IMG/VR virus record: IMGVR_UViG_3300038492_000435
Location: 1-37,793 of that record
Length of the DNA: 37,793 nt
Source of the DNA: a virus
Lineage: Duplodnaviria; Caudoviricetes
Direction: 5' to 3' (one strand)
The notes below the pieces were generated by a model. That model was not told the DNA's origin and did no database searches. It worked only from the letters and a program-made list of their open reading frames with translations. This document shows positions 24,355-33,562 of this stretch, piece by piece. Within the stretch, counting starts at the first letter, position 1; each line of letters begins with the position of its first letter. Made by a program: the position numbers and the translations under genes.

Positions 24355-25227
24355 GTGGATTACGGAATACCTGTGCATGAGATCGTAGGGGTCGACGATA
24401 TTGAATACACAAAGACCTATCGAGAGTGGGAGTTTTCTAGAGAAGACCCTAGAAGGGATGTTGAGGAACGTCTAGTTAGTGAGGTAGTTTGGAAACATTT
24501 GAACAGCCTAGATGGAATGGAACGTGACTTTTTGGTGGATCGTGAGATCAACCTTAAGTACTACAAGGATTGTGCTCCGAAGTACAACCTTTCAGGTGAA
24601 AGAGCACGTCAAATCATATTAAAAGCACTCCGCAGGCTGAGACATCCTAAGCACCTTCGAATCTTTGAGATGGTTCTCTATGGCATTGACGGGCAAACCA
24701 TAAAGGAAAGAGAGAAACGGGAAGAAGAGATGCGCCGCGCACGCTATCTACAACAAGCAAAGGAGGAAAAGGAAAGAGAGAAGATCCGACAAGAACAGCG
24801 TGGATCGCAGAGAGAAGAGCTAGAAAGAGAACGCGAAGAACGCCACAGAGAATACCTAAAAGCACGAGAAGAGGAAGCTAAGGAGTGGCGAAAGGAACGA
24901 AAACGATATTTAGCAAAAGTTAGGGAACCGACTAAATTTGCAAAAGAGAAGCTTGAGTTTGAGCTCCCTCCCTACCTTGATTGGCCTGAAAGAGCACAGC
25001 ATTTCCACTTCAACATTGATAAATATGAGTGTGCTCGACATGGAGAGCCAATATTTGCCGTAGATGGGATAGTAATGGTTCTACATCCACATAAATTCTA
25101 CTCAATTCATCATCTAGATGAGTGGGCTTTCCTTGTAGAGAAATGCGGAGCCAAGCGAATCCAATTTAAGAATTATAGTTACAATCAAGAATCATGGAAC
25201 GTATTCCAATATGTCACATGGAAATAA
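24355..25227 (+). CDS. Protein with stand-alone sigma70 region-4 HTH, charged helix and C-terminal domain
   Basis: NLSGERARQIILKALRRLRHP resembles RpoD region 4.2 (RERIRQIEAKALRKLRHP). An E/R/K-rich segment follows. Confidence 0.8.
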   Translation: MDYGIPVHEIVGVDDIEYTKTYREWEFSREDPRRDVEERLVSEVVWKHLNSLDGMERDFLVDREINLKYYKDCAPKYNLSGERARQIILKALRRLRHPKHLRIFEMVLYGIDGQTIKEREKREEEMRRARYLQQAKEEKEREKIRQEQRGSQREELEREREERHREYLKAREEEAKEWRKERKRYLAKVREPTKFAKEKLEFELPPYLDWPERAQHFHFNIDKYECARHGEPIFAVDGIVMVLHPHKFYSIHHLDEWAFLVEKCGAKRIQFKNYSYNQESWNVFQYVTWK

Positions 25228-25230
25228 ATT

Positions 25231-25260
25231 GGGTGAGTCGCCCTCTAAAGCAACCCACCC
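25231..25260 (-). terminator. Hairpin/terminator between convergent operons
   Basis: Minus strand GGGTGGGTTGC-TTTAGAGG-GCGACTCACCC (11 bp with G-U), followed by AATTTATTT. Confidence 0.6.
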
Positions 25261-25285
25261 GTCTATTCGAAGGGATTACCCGGTT

Positions 25286-25513
25286 TCAAAAATTAGATTC
25301 CGGCGAATCCGGCGTTAAATCTACAGAAATACCCGTTTGATTCTCAAGCTGTTTCTCAACGATCTCCTCAAAGATGTTATCATCCTTAAGGCCAGCTTGT
25401 CGGTTTAACCATGAGCAGCATTGGCAAACGACTCCTAGAGCAAATACCGCTATCATGGTGTACCACGCCATTTCAATTCCCCATGCTATCTTATCAACAG
25501 TTTCATCGAACAC
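25286..25513 (-). CDS. Small membrane-anchored protein, last gene of the late operon
   Basis: 75 aa with one hydrophobic segment, then DDNIFEEIVE...TGISVDLTPDSPE. Confidence 0.75.
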   Translation of the reverse strand: MFDETVDKIAWGIEMAWYTMIAVFALGVVCQCCSWLNRQAGLKDDNIFEEIVEKQLENQTGISVDLTPDSPESNF

Positions 25514-27576
25514 TAGAACGCCTGGTAAATTGTGTCAAACTGGAGTCCATCCCCCGACGCAATATCTGGGAACGTCATCACATCCGTTCCTCCCTCTAAA
25601 TACATTTGAGCAATGTATACCTGATCCGCTGCTGCTGCTCCCGACACCATGGTACGCACATTTGTTGAGTCTGCTGTATGCCTCCCGAAATTCACAGCCT
25701 GTTGAACTGTGATCGGTGCATAGGGTAATACAGGCTGTAAATCCGCTGTCCCCGTACCCACTACGTCGGCATTCTGACCGTCAAACTGATAACGCACCAT
25801 ACCGCTTTTCAATATTGTGTAGCGCATATTGTTAGAAGCAAACTCAGGCTCGGTATCTGTGCCATCTGCGAGGAAAAATGTTCCACTGGCGGCTCCCTGA
25901 ACCCCTTCTGGCATAACAAAAAGTGTTTGTTCATGGAATTGCCCTATCCCATCCGCATTTGAAAGCGTTTGCACTGTCCAGTCGTCAGAGGAAGACATCT
26001 GCATGCGAAATGACCCGACACATAGGCATGGGTTTTGATCCCACTCTGTTTCTGTGATGTTCTCAAGACTCCAAAAATCCCTCTGGGCATCCGCAACAGC
26101 GTCATCCGGTGCACCTATGTTAGCCGCTGCCGGTGAGGTTGTATTGGCAGGGCTCCGTGAGATCATGAACTGAATCGCATTCTCACTATCATTTAGCACT
26201 GCATAGAGGAAAAACGGAATGTCCTGTGCCCAAGCAACACCAGTTGTCAGACCAAAGAGGTTATTGATGATCTGGGAAGATCCAGCGTCGTCGATGAAAT
26301 CCTGGTCTGCCGTTACGTCCACGGTAACAAGATACCCTGGGCTACTTTTGCTTTGAAGAGTGACTTTAGCAACATTGGAACTACTTAGGGCTGTTCCATC
26401 AGCACTTGTCACCGTGAACGTTCCAGCATTGTAATTGATCCCGAGGTTAGTCACTCCTGGCATCGAGGGAAGCGCTGCGGAGGTCAAACCCACGTATCCG
26501 TTGGAATCAACTGAAAAGAGCGTATTATTAAAATGGCACACGCCGCTGTCAGTGGCAGATGTGCTTGATACCGCACTTGCATACTGCACTTCTACGTTTA
26601 GCGTGTTAGCGGCTCTGGAATGCGTTTCTATAGGCACGCTATGGGCTGCAACAGACGCTCCCTGTATTGTGACCTGTCCTGTTCCTGCTGGGAGCACGGG
26701 GTCTGTTCCAGGTCCCGTATTAGCATCGACAGCGATTTGGTCAACGGCTAGTCCTCCACCTGAAAGCTGAACAAATCCGTTAGCATCCACCGTGAACATG
26801 CTATTGTCAAACGAGCATACCCCAGCGTCGTTACTATTTGCCGGTGTCGCTGCTACTGCTGAAGCAAGTTGCACCTCGATATTGTAGGCGTTAGCTGCAC
26901 GGCTGTGAGTCTCAATAGGCACAGAGTGATTTGCTACAGCTGATCCGGAAACAGTAATCTGACCAGAAGCATTCGGCAGCACAGGGTCTGTTCCAGGCCC
27001 CGTATTAGCATCAACATTCACCTCATCAATTGCCGGTCCTGAACCCCCTGCGAGGGTCACATATCCATTTGCATCTACTGAGAAAGCTGTGTCGTCGAAA
27101 GAACAAACTCCAGCATCTAAAGAGTTGCCAGGGGTACCGGTTCTAGCCGCGGCAACCTGGATCTCAACATTGATGGTATTCAGAGCACGGCTGTGGGTCT
27201 CAATAGGCACTGTGTGGTTTGCTACCACTGCGCCCTGAATCGTTACATCTCCAACCCCGTCCGGATCCACAGGGTTTACACCTGGGCTCGTCACATCATC
27301 TACTGTGAAAGTGTCCGCTCCGGGCCCAGCCCCTGAGTAATCTATGCGTCTCCATGTGGCATTACCCGAGCCATCAAACTTCACAAGCTGCCACGCTTCT
27401 CCTTCTTCTCCCGTAGAGGGGTTGAAGGAAACACGCCAGATTGTCATCAACGCATGTTGAGTATCCGATGTAAGTGGGCGGCGTTTTGCCTCAATAACAG
27501 GAACTAGAGAGTATTTAGGCCCAGCGTAGCGGTTGGGCTGCAAATTTTCAGGAGGAACTCCCAAGCGTCTAACCAT
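25513..27576 (-). CDS. Tail fibre / receptor-binding protein with three ~95-aa tandem repeats
   Basis: 687 aa. Repeat ...H(S/T)VPIETHSRA.N..N.E.Q...GVC.F....F.VD.NG.V.L occurs three times. C-terminal domain is paralogous to 28097..29332. Confidence 0.8.
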   Translation of the reverse strand: MVRRLGVPPENLQPNRYAGPKYSLVPVIEAKRRPLTSDTQHALMTIWRVSFNPSTGEEGEAWQLVKFDGSGNATWRRIDYSGAGPGADTFTVDDVTSPGVNPVDPDGVGDVTIQGAVVANHTVPIETHSRALNTINVEIQVAAARTGTPGNSLDAGVCSFDDTAFSVDANGYVTLAGGSGPAIDEVNVDANTGPGTDPVLPNASGQITVSGSAVANHSVPIETHSRAANAYNIEVQLASAVAATPANSNDAGVCSFDNSMFTVDANGFVQLSGGGLAVDQIAVDANTGPGTDPVLPAGTGQVTIQGASVAAHSVPIETHSRAANTLNVEVQYASAVSSTSATDSGVCHFNNTLFSVDSNGYVGLTSAALPSMPGVTNLGINYNAGTFTVTSADGTALSSSNVAKVTLQSKSSPGYLVTVDVTADQDFIDDAGSSQIINNLFGLTTGVAWAQDIPFFLYAVLNDSENAIQFMISRSPANTTSPAAANIGAPDDAVADAQRDFWSLENITETEWDQNPCLCVGSFRMQMSSSDDWTVQTLSNADGIGQFHEQTLFVMPEGVQGAASGTFFLADGTDTEPEFASNNMRYTILKSGMVRYQFDGQNADVVGTGTADLQPVLPYAPITVQQAVNFGRHTADSTNVRTMVSGAAAADQVYIAQMYLEGGTDVMTFPDIASGDGLQFDTIYQAF
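26490..27320. repeat. Intragenic tandem repeat, ~285-288 bp unit x3 (boundaries approximate)
   Basis: 26693-26727 versus 26978-27012 match at 33/35. 26897-26922 versus 27185-27210 match at 25/26. Confidence 0.85.
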
Positions 27577-27847
27577 TATTCGGCCTCCTAAACTCTGCCT
27601 TTGCTTTCTTAATTCTAGCTTCGTCGCCGCTGTCTAGCTCTTCACAAAACCAGCTGTGGTGAGATTTAAGAAGCTGAAGGCGCTTTCTCATCTTCTCCAA
27701 CTTCTCTTTATCGTCTTCGAGAAGTGCCTCAACTACTTCCCATATCTGATAGTCGCGGTTCAATCCGAGCGTATTCTTTGCTTTTCTCTTTATGCTTTCA
27801 TTATCCATTGGAGACCTAAAACTCATAAATTTATAGGATAGGATCAT
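27569..27847 (-). CDS. Small helical protein between fibre genes (possible chaperone; start may be 27808)
   Basis: 92 aa, charged, overlaps both neighbours. Confidence 0.55.
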   Translation of the reverse strand: MILSYKFMSFRSPMDNESIKRKAKNTLGLNRDYQIWEVVEALLEDDKEKLEKMRKRLQLLKSHHSWFCEELDSGDEARIKKAKAEFRRPNNG

Positions 27848-28097
27848 AATCCGCTTTTACTGATGCAACGACTTTCTGTCTTGCCGCATAATCTGGAGCC
27901 TTGTCCCACTCATCTAAAAAATGCTGTATTGCAGCTTTCTTCTTATCAGCTTTTTTTTTCGCAGATTCCATCATTGAAGCATCAACTTCTACATTACCCT
28001 TGTTCCACATTTCACCTTCAGAAAATGTGTTAAACATACTTTTTAATCTATCTGAGAATTCATCTCTATCACTAGCTGGGTCAGCATATATGTCCAT
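27831..28097 (-). CDS. Small helical protein, possible tail-fibre chaperone
   Basis: 88 aa, TAATG-coupled to 28097..29332, SD AGGAG. Confidence 0.65.
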   Translation of the reverse strand: MDIYADPASDRDEFSDRLKSMFNTFSEGEMWNKGNVEVDASMMESAKKKADKKKAAIQHFLDEWDKAPDYAARQKVVASVKADYDPIL

Positions 28098-29332
28098 TAT
28101 GTTCTCCTCATATAATACTGGAGATGAGCGCGCATTTGACGAGAACCATTGGTGAAGTCCCCATTCTGATTAAAAGTGCTAGATGAGGTTGTCCCTTGGT
28201 AAGCCGTAGCGAATCGAGCAGCTGAATCAATCTGAGCAATGATATGCCATGTGCCAGATGGCGTCTGCATAATGCCAGTTCCAACATACGACCCTAGATT
28301 GGCAGAAAATCCCTGCCAGGGAAGTGTCATCCAGCTTGTGACGGAACCTGATCCATCTGTACCACCGTCGCCCTCGGTGATATAATCCACTGTCACTAGG
28401 GCATCGCGGTCTACCCAATAATTCACTGTAGTTGTGGAGAATACTGGTGCCGTTCCCCCGTTGGCCTGTATATGTGTACCTGAAGACGCTCCCATCACCC
28501 CTGTCGGGAAGGTGAATATCTCTCCGCCATGAAAGTTACCAATACCATCCTTTCCTGCTTGTAGAGATTGCACTGTCCAATCATCTGCGCCACCTGGTTG
28601 GGTGAAGCGCATTCGAAAACAACCTATAGGAGCACATGAGGCATTGTTATAATTGGAAGCAGTCACCGAATCCATGATGAACATGGAATACCCTTCATCT
28701 GCTACAGCACTAGATGGAGTCCCGATTTCAGCTGTCACCGGACATCTAGAAAGGTTTGGCATCCTAACCACAGCGAAAACAGGATTTGTATCACTTGTGT
28801 CCGCACATGCATATAGCCAAAAGGGAATGTCATTGGCTCCCCAGTCATCTCCAGTAGTGACACCAAATAGATTGTTGACGATGTCGGAGGTCCCTGCACT
28901 GTCATCAAAGCTACTGTTAGATGTGATCTCGTGAAGGACGATCTCTCCAGGTGTCCCAACACTCTCTAGAGCTACCCACCCCTTATTCGTAGAACTCAGA
29001 GAGTTCCCATCAGCGCCCTGAACCGTAAACGTCCCTGACGAGTAAGCGATTCCAATATTCTTAGTCCATCCATGATAGAGGCGTGTCCTATCAGCCACAG
29101 CAACGTCAGCGGATGTTACAAGAAAATCGTTTTCGTCAAAGGTCGCAACACCCTTAGTGCTAGATGTAGCGTTTATCCCGGCAAACGTAGGGTTTCCACT
29201 TACTCCATCACCATTAGTGATCTGAATCCCTGTACTTGCTGTCGCTGTAAGTGTTCTTCCTGAAAATGTCCCTGACCCATCGTAAACAGCTACGCCAGAT
29301 GAAACAAGATTGATCGCATTAACAGTCGCCAT
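28097..29332 (-). CDS. Tail fibre / receptor-binding protein
   Basis: 411 aa, G/T/S-rich. N-terminus is shared with 29336..30187 and the body with the C-terminal part of 25513..27576. Confidence 0.75.
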   Translation of the reverse strand: MATVNAINLVSSGVAVYDGSGTFSGRTLTATASTGIQITNGDGVSGNPTFAGINATSSTKGVATFDENDFLVTSADVAVADRTRLYHGWTKNIGIAYSSGTFTVQGADGNSLSSTNKGWVALESVGTPGEIVLHEITSNSSFDDSAGTSDIVNNLFGVTTGDDWGANDIPFWLYACADTSDTNPVFAVVRMPNLSRCPVTAEIGTPSSAVADEGYSMFIMDSVTASNYNNASCAPIGCFRMRFTQPGGADDWTVQSLQAGKDGIGNFHGGEIFTFPTGVMGASSGTHIQANGGTAPVFSTTTVNYWVDRDALVTVDYITEGDGGTDGSGSVTSWMTLPWQGFSANLGSYVGTGIMQTPSGTWHIIAQIDSAARFATAYQGTTSSSTFNQNGDFTNGSRQMRAHLQYYMRRT

Positions 29333-29335
29333 TCA

Positions 29336-30187
29336 CTAAAACCTATCCGAGGTGAGTTGCTGATACACAAGAGCAAAGTCAGCAAATAGCTGTCTCTCTG
29401 TCGTACCAGCGGATTTCACAATTCTAAAATATGGACCTCCGCAGCTGGATGCAGCACTTGGGATATTCGTCGAGGTGCTTCCTTCTGAAGACTGATCAAT
29501 AAAGAATTCAACAGATGTTCCTCCAGCGTTCACCTCAAACTCTAGAAGCGTCCAGGTATTGGCTACGGGAGCTGTGCTTGTGTTGATATCTGTATCCGTA
29601 CTCGAGGAACGGCATCTACAGATCCAGTTTCCTGAGTTTGCGCTGTGAGTATAATAGAAGTAGATCCCGTTTGCTTGGGTCGACCCTTCATTGTCCGCAT
29701 CTGAGCATCCTACATCGATTACAAATGTATCTGTCCCGTCTGAGAGGGCATTGATTTTGATCAGGAAGGCACCACGGATAGGACCATTCCCAGGTCGGAA
29801 GCCATATCGTGTCGACTTCATCATTGCCTTGGCGCTAGCATTCGTAGACGTATGGAGCTTTATTGTCCCATAGTGGCCATTCTCATTCTGGTCATATAGA
29901 ACTGCTCCACTACTTGAGCTCCTAAGGTTCCACCCTGTAGTCATGGCCGCATTGGTACCTAGGAAGTCTTCCCAGATGTAAATCGTATTGTTGGGCTCAC
30001 TCCATCGTGGAATACTCCCAAAAGTCATGAAAGAGCCGATGTTCGGAGCCGAGATTGTGGAAAGGGTATTGGCTCCCGTCCCATAAATCATATCACCCGA
30101 AGCTATGGTTGTTCCTGAGAAGCTTCCTGCACCATCGTAGACTACAACTCCATCACTGCTTAGATTAATCGAATTGATGGTTGCCAT
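29336..30187 (-). CDS. Putative receptor-binding protein with lectin-like beta-sandwich C-terminal domain
   Basis: 283 aa. MATINSINL..GVVVYDG.G.FSG N-terminus, then WEDFLG...GIYFYY...NW....R...VEFFID...TNIP. Confidence 0.7.
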   Translation of the reverse strand: MATINSINLSSDGVVVYDGAGSFSGTTIASGDMIYGTGANTLSTISAPNIGSFMTFGSIPRWSEPNNTIYIWEDFLGTNAAMTTGWNLRSSSSGAVLYDQNENGHYGTIKLHTSTNASAKAMMKSTRYGFRPGNGPIRGAFLIKINALSDGTDTFVIDVGCSDADNEGSTQANGIYFYYTHSANSGNWICRCRSSSTDTDINTSTAPVANTWTLLEFEVNAGGTSVEFFIDQSSEGSTSTNIPSAASSCGGPYFRIVKSAGTTERQLFADFALVYQQLTSDRF

Positions 30188-30194
30188 TTTTTCC

Positions 30195-31700
30195 TTAGGT
30201 TACTGTGGGGTTTCCGATTGAACTTAGTACAACAAAATCCGTATTGGCAGTGATACACACCATCTCAACAGAGTCGTATGTGGCTGTAGAGTCTAAACGT
30301 CCCGTGGCTCCTGTTGTAGTGTCTGAAGATCCAAAGTGAATTACCTGAGAGGCGTTCTGGGCTATGCGCCAACCTCCGGCCCCTTTTCCTGTCACTCGTA
30401 CTACATCCCCGACTGCGGCGGTTGATGGCATTGTGAGAGTAACTAAGGCAGCATTGTTAGCAATGTATCCATTGTTAACCGCCATCGTGGCTGAGGTTCC
30501 CGTTTCCTCATTCCATGTAATTCCTCCAGTTACTGTGGAGTTAATGGTAATCGACCCAGCGGCATTCACGATGCTTATGCCTGTTCCAGCTGTCAAAGTA
30601 GAAAGAACGGGATCAACTCCAGTCGATCCTATGAGGACTTGTCCATTTGTTGGTTGGGATGTAGCTGTGAAGGCACTCGTTCCAGATCCAAGGAGGATTC
30701 CCCCATCTGTGAAGGTCCCTGCGCCGGTTCCACCATTGGGAACGGTCAGGGCATTCGTTAGGGTGAATACTTGGGAGCTATCGAAATATGCCGCCTGTGT
30801 ACCACCCGTTGTAAATGAAAGCTCATCTACATTAGAGCGGTACATTCCTGTATTTGTATCATTTACAAAAGAGTAATTAGGTGCTGTATTACTTGGGCTG
30901 TTATTATTTAGGTAGAATCTACCTGTGGAACCGGCGGTAATATTTGTATTGGCTTGTAGACCTGTGCTTGTGACCCACATACGTGTCCCACCGCCAGCGA
31001 TGAGCGCCATTGAATTAGAGCTCGCCCTGGCTATTCCTGTATCTGGGTCAGATGTGAATCGTATGATAGGATCGTTAAAGGCTCCGTCAGCTAAGTTGAC
31101 GTAACCAGTGGTGGTCATATCCACGATTCCAGTCACGTTATCGGTGTCGTCAATGATAACTGAACTATCTTGGATTACATCTCCACTTGCTCCGTCCCAG
31201 CGAGCAATCGCATTGTCAGTACTGCTTCCGGCAGATGTGACGTTGGTAGATCCTGACCCTAGAACTGCAATCGTCTGACGAGTCGGGGTGCTGTCCGTGA
31301 AATAAAGGTTGGTTCCATCAAACTCGATAGCTCCAGCCTCGGGAGAGGTTAAATTCGTACCTGCTGTTAGCTTAATTGGAGCTGTGCTAGCTGCCGCTGT
31401 TCCTGCCTGTATATGAAGAGAAGCCGATGGGCTTCCTTGCCCAATTCCTACCGCGTCTCCATCTGCGTCGACAATTAATGTATCAGTATCGACCGTTAGG
31501 ACTGTTCCTGTTGACCCGTCAATAACAAGTGAGGTAACACCTGTCATATTGTCGGAGTCATCTAAAATGACACCAGAATTCTGTATTAACTTCCCTGTTG
31601 TGGAATCGAACCGCACCACCGCATTATCTGTGGCTGATGCGGGTCCTACTACATCTCCACTTCCACCGCCCCCACCTGAAGTTGTGAAAAACTGACTCAT
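30195..31700 (-). CDS. Tail fibre protein
   Basis: 501 aa with a duplicated TDNA..R(F/W)D...G..IQ.S.VI.DD.DN.TG module, repeated D.(D/N)TG motifs, VPNGGTG, and C-terminal TLTMPSTAAVGD. Confidence 0.8.
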   Translation of the reverse strand: MSQFFTTSGGGGGSGDVVGPASATDNAVVRFDSTTGKLIQNSGVILDDSDNMTGVTSLVIDGSTGTVLTVDTDTLIVDADGDAVGIGQGSPSASLHIQAGTAAASTAPIKLTAGTNLTSPEAGAIEFDGTNLYFTDSTPTRQTIAVLGSGSTNVTSAGSSTDNAIARWDGASGDVIQDSSVIIDDTDNVTGIVDMTTTGYVNLADGAFNDPIIRFTSDPDTGIARASSNSMALIAGGGTRMWVTSTGLQANTNITAGSTGRFYLNNNSPSNTAPNYSFVNDTNTGMYRSNVDELSFTTGGTQAAYFDSSQVFTLTNALTVPNGGTGAGTFTDGGILLGSGTSAFTATSQPTNGQVLIGSTGVDPVLSTLTAGTGISIVNAAGSITINSTVTGGITWNEETGTSATMAVNNGYIANNAALVTLTMPSTAAVGDVVRVTGKGAGGWRIAQNASQVIHFGSSDTTTGATGRLDSTATYDSVEMVCITANTDFVVLSSIGNPTVT

Positions 31701-32032
31701 TAGCCCCTCTTCAGTGTGTAACCAGTTTCATAGAGTGTTCCAGCGCTTGCGCTTCCCTTAACGAAAAGCTCTCTGCCTGCTGGCCATGCTGCGCGATTTC
31801 CGGTTGCATTGGCTTGAATGTCTAATATGAAGAACCCACCGGATGGGATAACATCGTGATCTGTTGACCCATCGTAGCTGATCGTGACATCTTCAGATCC
31901 CCCGTTGTACATCTTATAGACGATGAGATCATCTGAGAATCCACCAGACGATACAACTTGATAAGATCCAGTTAACGTAGATGTGTCGAAGGTGTGCATC
32001 TCGACAGGATCGATTTTGTTTTTATCTGCCAT
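31700..32032 (-). CDS. Small beta-sandwich virion protein, paralog of 33191..33514
   Basis: 110 aa, TAATG coupling, shared F....LT..(Y/F)Q...F.......N...IP/FP.G.....D pattern. Confidence 0.65.
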   Translation of the reverse strand: MADKNKIDPVEMHTFDTSTLTGSYQVVSSGGFSDDLIVYKMYNGGSEDVTISYDGSTDHDVIPSGGFFILDIQANATGNRAAWPAGRELFVKGSASAGTLYETGYTLKRG

Positions 32033-32458
32033 CTAGTCCCTCACACAGTACCCAATGATGGTAATGAAAATATCGTCATCATCTGTCTTTACAAGCACCC
32101 ATTTCCCTGCCGTAACGATGATGCGTAATCCAGTGATATCTCGACTGGTATTTTTAGGCATTTCCATCGTCATTATTGTCTTGTCGACTGTCGTAGTATC
32201 GGGGGTGCTTCCCTCATAAACCACCACTGTTGCATCTGAGGCCCCAACGTTCTTATTGGCATACACCAAGATACCTGTGATGACAAAACGTTGGGTGGAA
32301 ATAGGGGGTACCAGGTCATATCCAGTATTAACCACGTCCGCCGTAGCATTGTAGGACTGTGAATATTCTATATCCCCAACTACAAGCTCCCCCCTAGACG
32401 TAACTTGAGCGACGGTTCCGTTGCCGGCTCCGCTATTTATTAATACTTTAGCGACCAT
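32033..32458 (-). CDS. Putative virion protein
   Basis: 141 aa, N-terminus similar to 32458..33039. Confidence 0.65.
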   Translation of the reverse strand: MVAKVLINSGAGNGTVAQVTSRGELVVGDIEYSQSYNATADVVNTGYDLVPPISTQRFVITGILVYANKNVGASDATVVVYEGSTPDTTTVDKTIMTMEMPKNTSRDITGLRIIVTAGKWVLVKTDDDDIFITIIGYCVRD

Positions 32459-33039
32459 TAATCCGACGATGAAACTGGTTTCAGATGTACCACTAGTGCC
32501 GCATAGGCTTTTATAGATCCTGAACTAAGTTTAGGATCGATTTTTATGGCGACCGACTGCCCTTTAGGCACTGAAAATACTAAAGACGCAAACAGTCTTG
32601 TATTTTGGGCCTGGTATAAAAGTACAATGTCGTCCCCACCAGTAATGGTGCCCCCACTCTTTCCGGCATACGCATCCGCTGAAATCGTTTTAGCCGAACC
32701 GAAATTCCTATTCTGATTCATGCTTACTGCTGTCGCATCCGAGATCAGGTCACCCCCCGTTGGATTACGTATAATGGTGACTTCACCTATATCAGAGACG
32801 GTACCCGATCCCTGACCCACGGCAACTGCATCTACTACAGCATCAACATCCTCATTATTTTTAAAATAGAGGAGCGTCCCTGCTGCCGTAAACGTAATGT
32901 TCCCACTATTAATGTTGTAAGCATCTCCGCTCTCGACGGCGTGTTCTACTTCTGTTTCATTAATTGACTGTACATGTAGACGATTTGTTTCATCTACCTT
33001 GACCTTGTATCCTGATCCTTTTCCATCTTCAATGATCAT
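32458..33039 (-). CDS. Putative virion protein
   Basis: 193 aa, begins MIIEDGKGSGYKVKVDETNRL. TAATG coupling on both sides. Confidence 0.65.
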   Translation of the reverse strand: MIIEDGKGSGYKVKVDETNRLHVQSINETEVEHAVESGDAYNINSGNITFTAAGTLLYFKNNEDVDAVVDAVAVGQGSGTVSDIGEVTIIRNPTGGDLISDATAVSMNQNRNFGSAKTISADAYAGKSGGTITGGDDIVLLYQAQNTRLFASLVFSVPKGQSVAIKIDPKLSSGSIKAYAALVVHLKPVSSSD

Positions 33040-33194
33040 TATTCCTCTCCAACGATTCTTTCTAACATTTCTTTAATCTGTCTGACTTCCTCTAAAAGTT
33101 GAGCGAGGTAATCATTGTTCTCTAATGCCTTTCGATAGGCATTGTTTTTATCCTCTGATTCTTCCTGTGAAGGAAGTACACCACCGCCGCTCAT
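33039..33194 (-). CDS. 51-aa coiled-coil protein (not in the ORF track)
   Basis: MSGGGVLPSQEESEDKNNAYRKALENNDYLAQLLEEVRQIKEMLERIVGEE*. Fills the gap exactly with ATGA and TAATG overlaps. Confidence 0.8.
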   Translation of the reverse strand: MSGGGVLPSQEESEDKNNAYRKALENNDYLAQLLEEVRQIKEMLERIVGEE

Positions 33195-33514
33195 TCGTCT
33201 AATACCGCCATTATGTAAATGGTTCCTGTACCCGATCCGTCGTCAGATCTAACCCGTAGCTGAGCATTCTTTTGAGCCAATGCCTTTCCTCGGACATTCG
33301 TTCCTAGATCTGTCACCTCATCAATCGTTATGATTGATCCAGCTGGAAATCGGAAATTACTCTGATTATCTGTTATGAAAATCCCTCTATTCGATTCATT
33401 CATCACGATAAATTTCACTACTGGAGCTTCAAAAGGCGTTCCGAATGGTTGGAAATTCCGCGTTAGCTGATCGCTGTTGAACGAGAGAAGAATTGTTTTT
33501 GCAACGTTGCTCAT
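33191..33514 (-). CDS. Small beta-sandwich virion protein, paralog of 31700..32032
   Basis: 107 aa, ends GSGTGTIYIMAV. Confidence 0.65.
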   Translation of the reverse strand: MSNVAKTILLSFNSDQLTRNFQPFGTPFEAPVVKFIVMNESNRGIFITDNQSNFRFPAGSIITIDEVTDLGTNVRGKALAQKNAQLRVRSDDGSGTGTIYIMAVLDE

Positions 33515-33562
33515 CTAGTACCGAATGGGGGGCGACACGACAACCCCCCACCCCTGATTCAT

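Noticed and set aside
33524-33554. GC-rich hairpin as an intrinsic terminator
   Set aside because: The stem TGGGGGG...CCCCCCA is real but lacks a U-tract on either strand. It may be a stabilising or processing hairpin, so it was not called.
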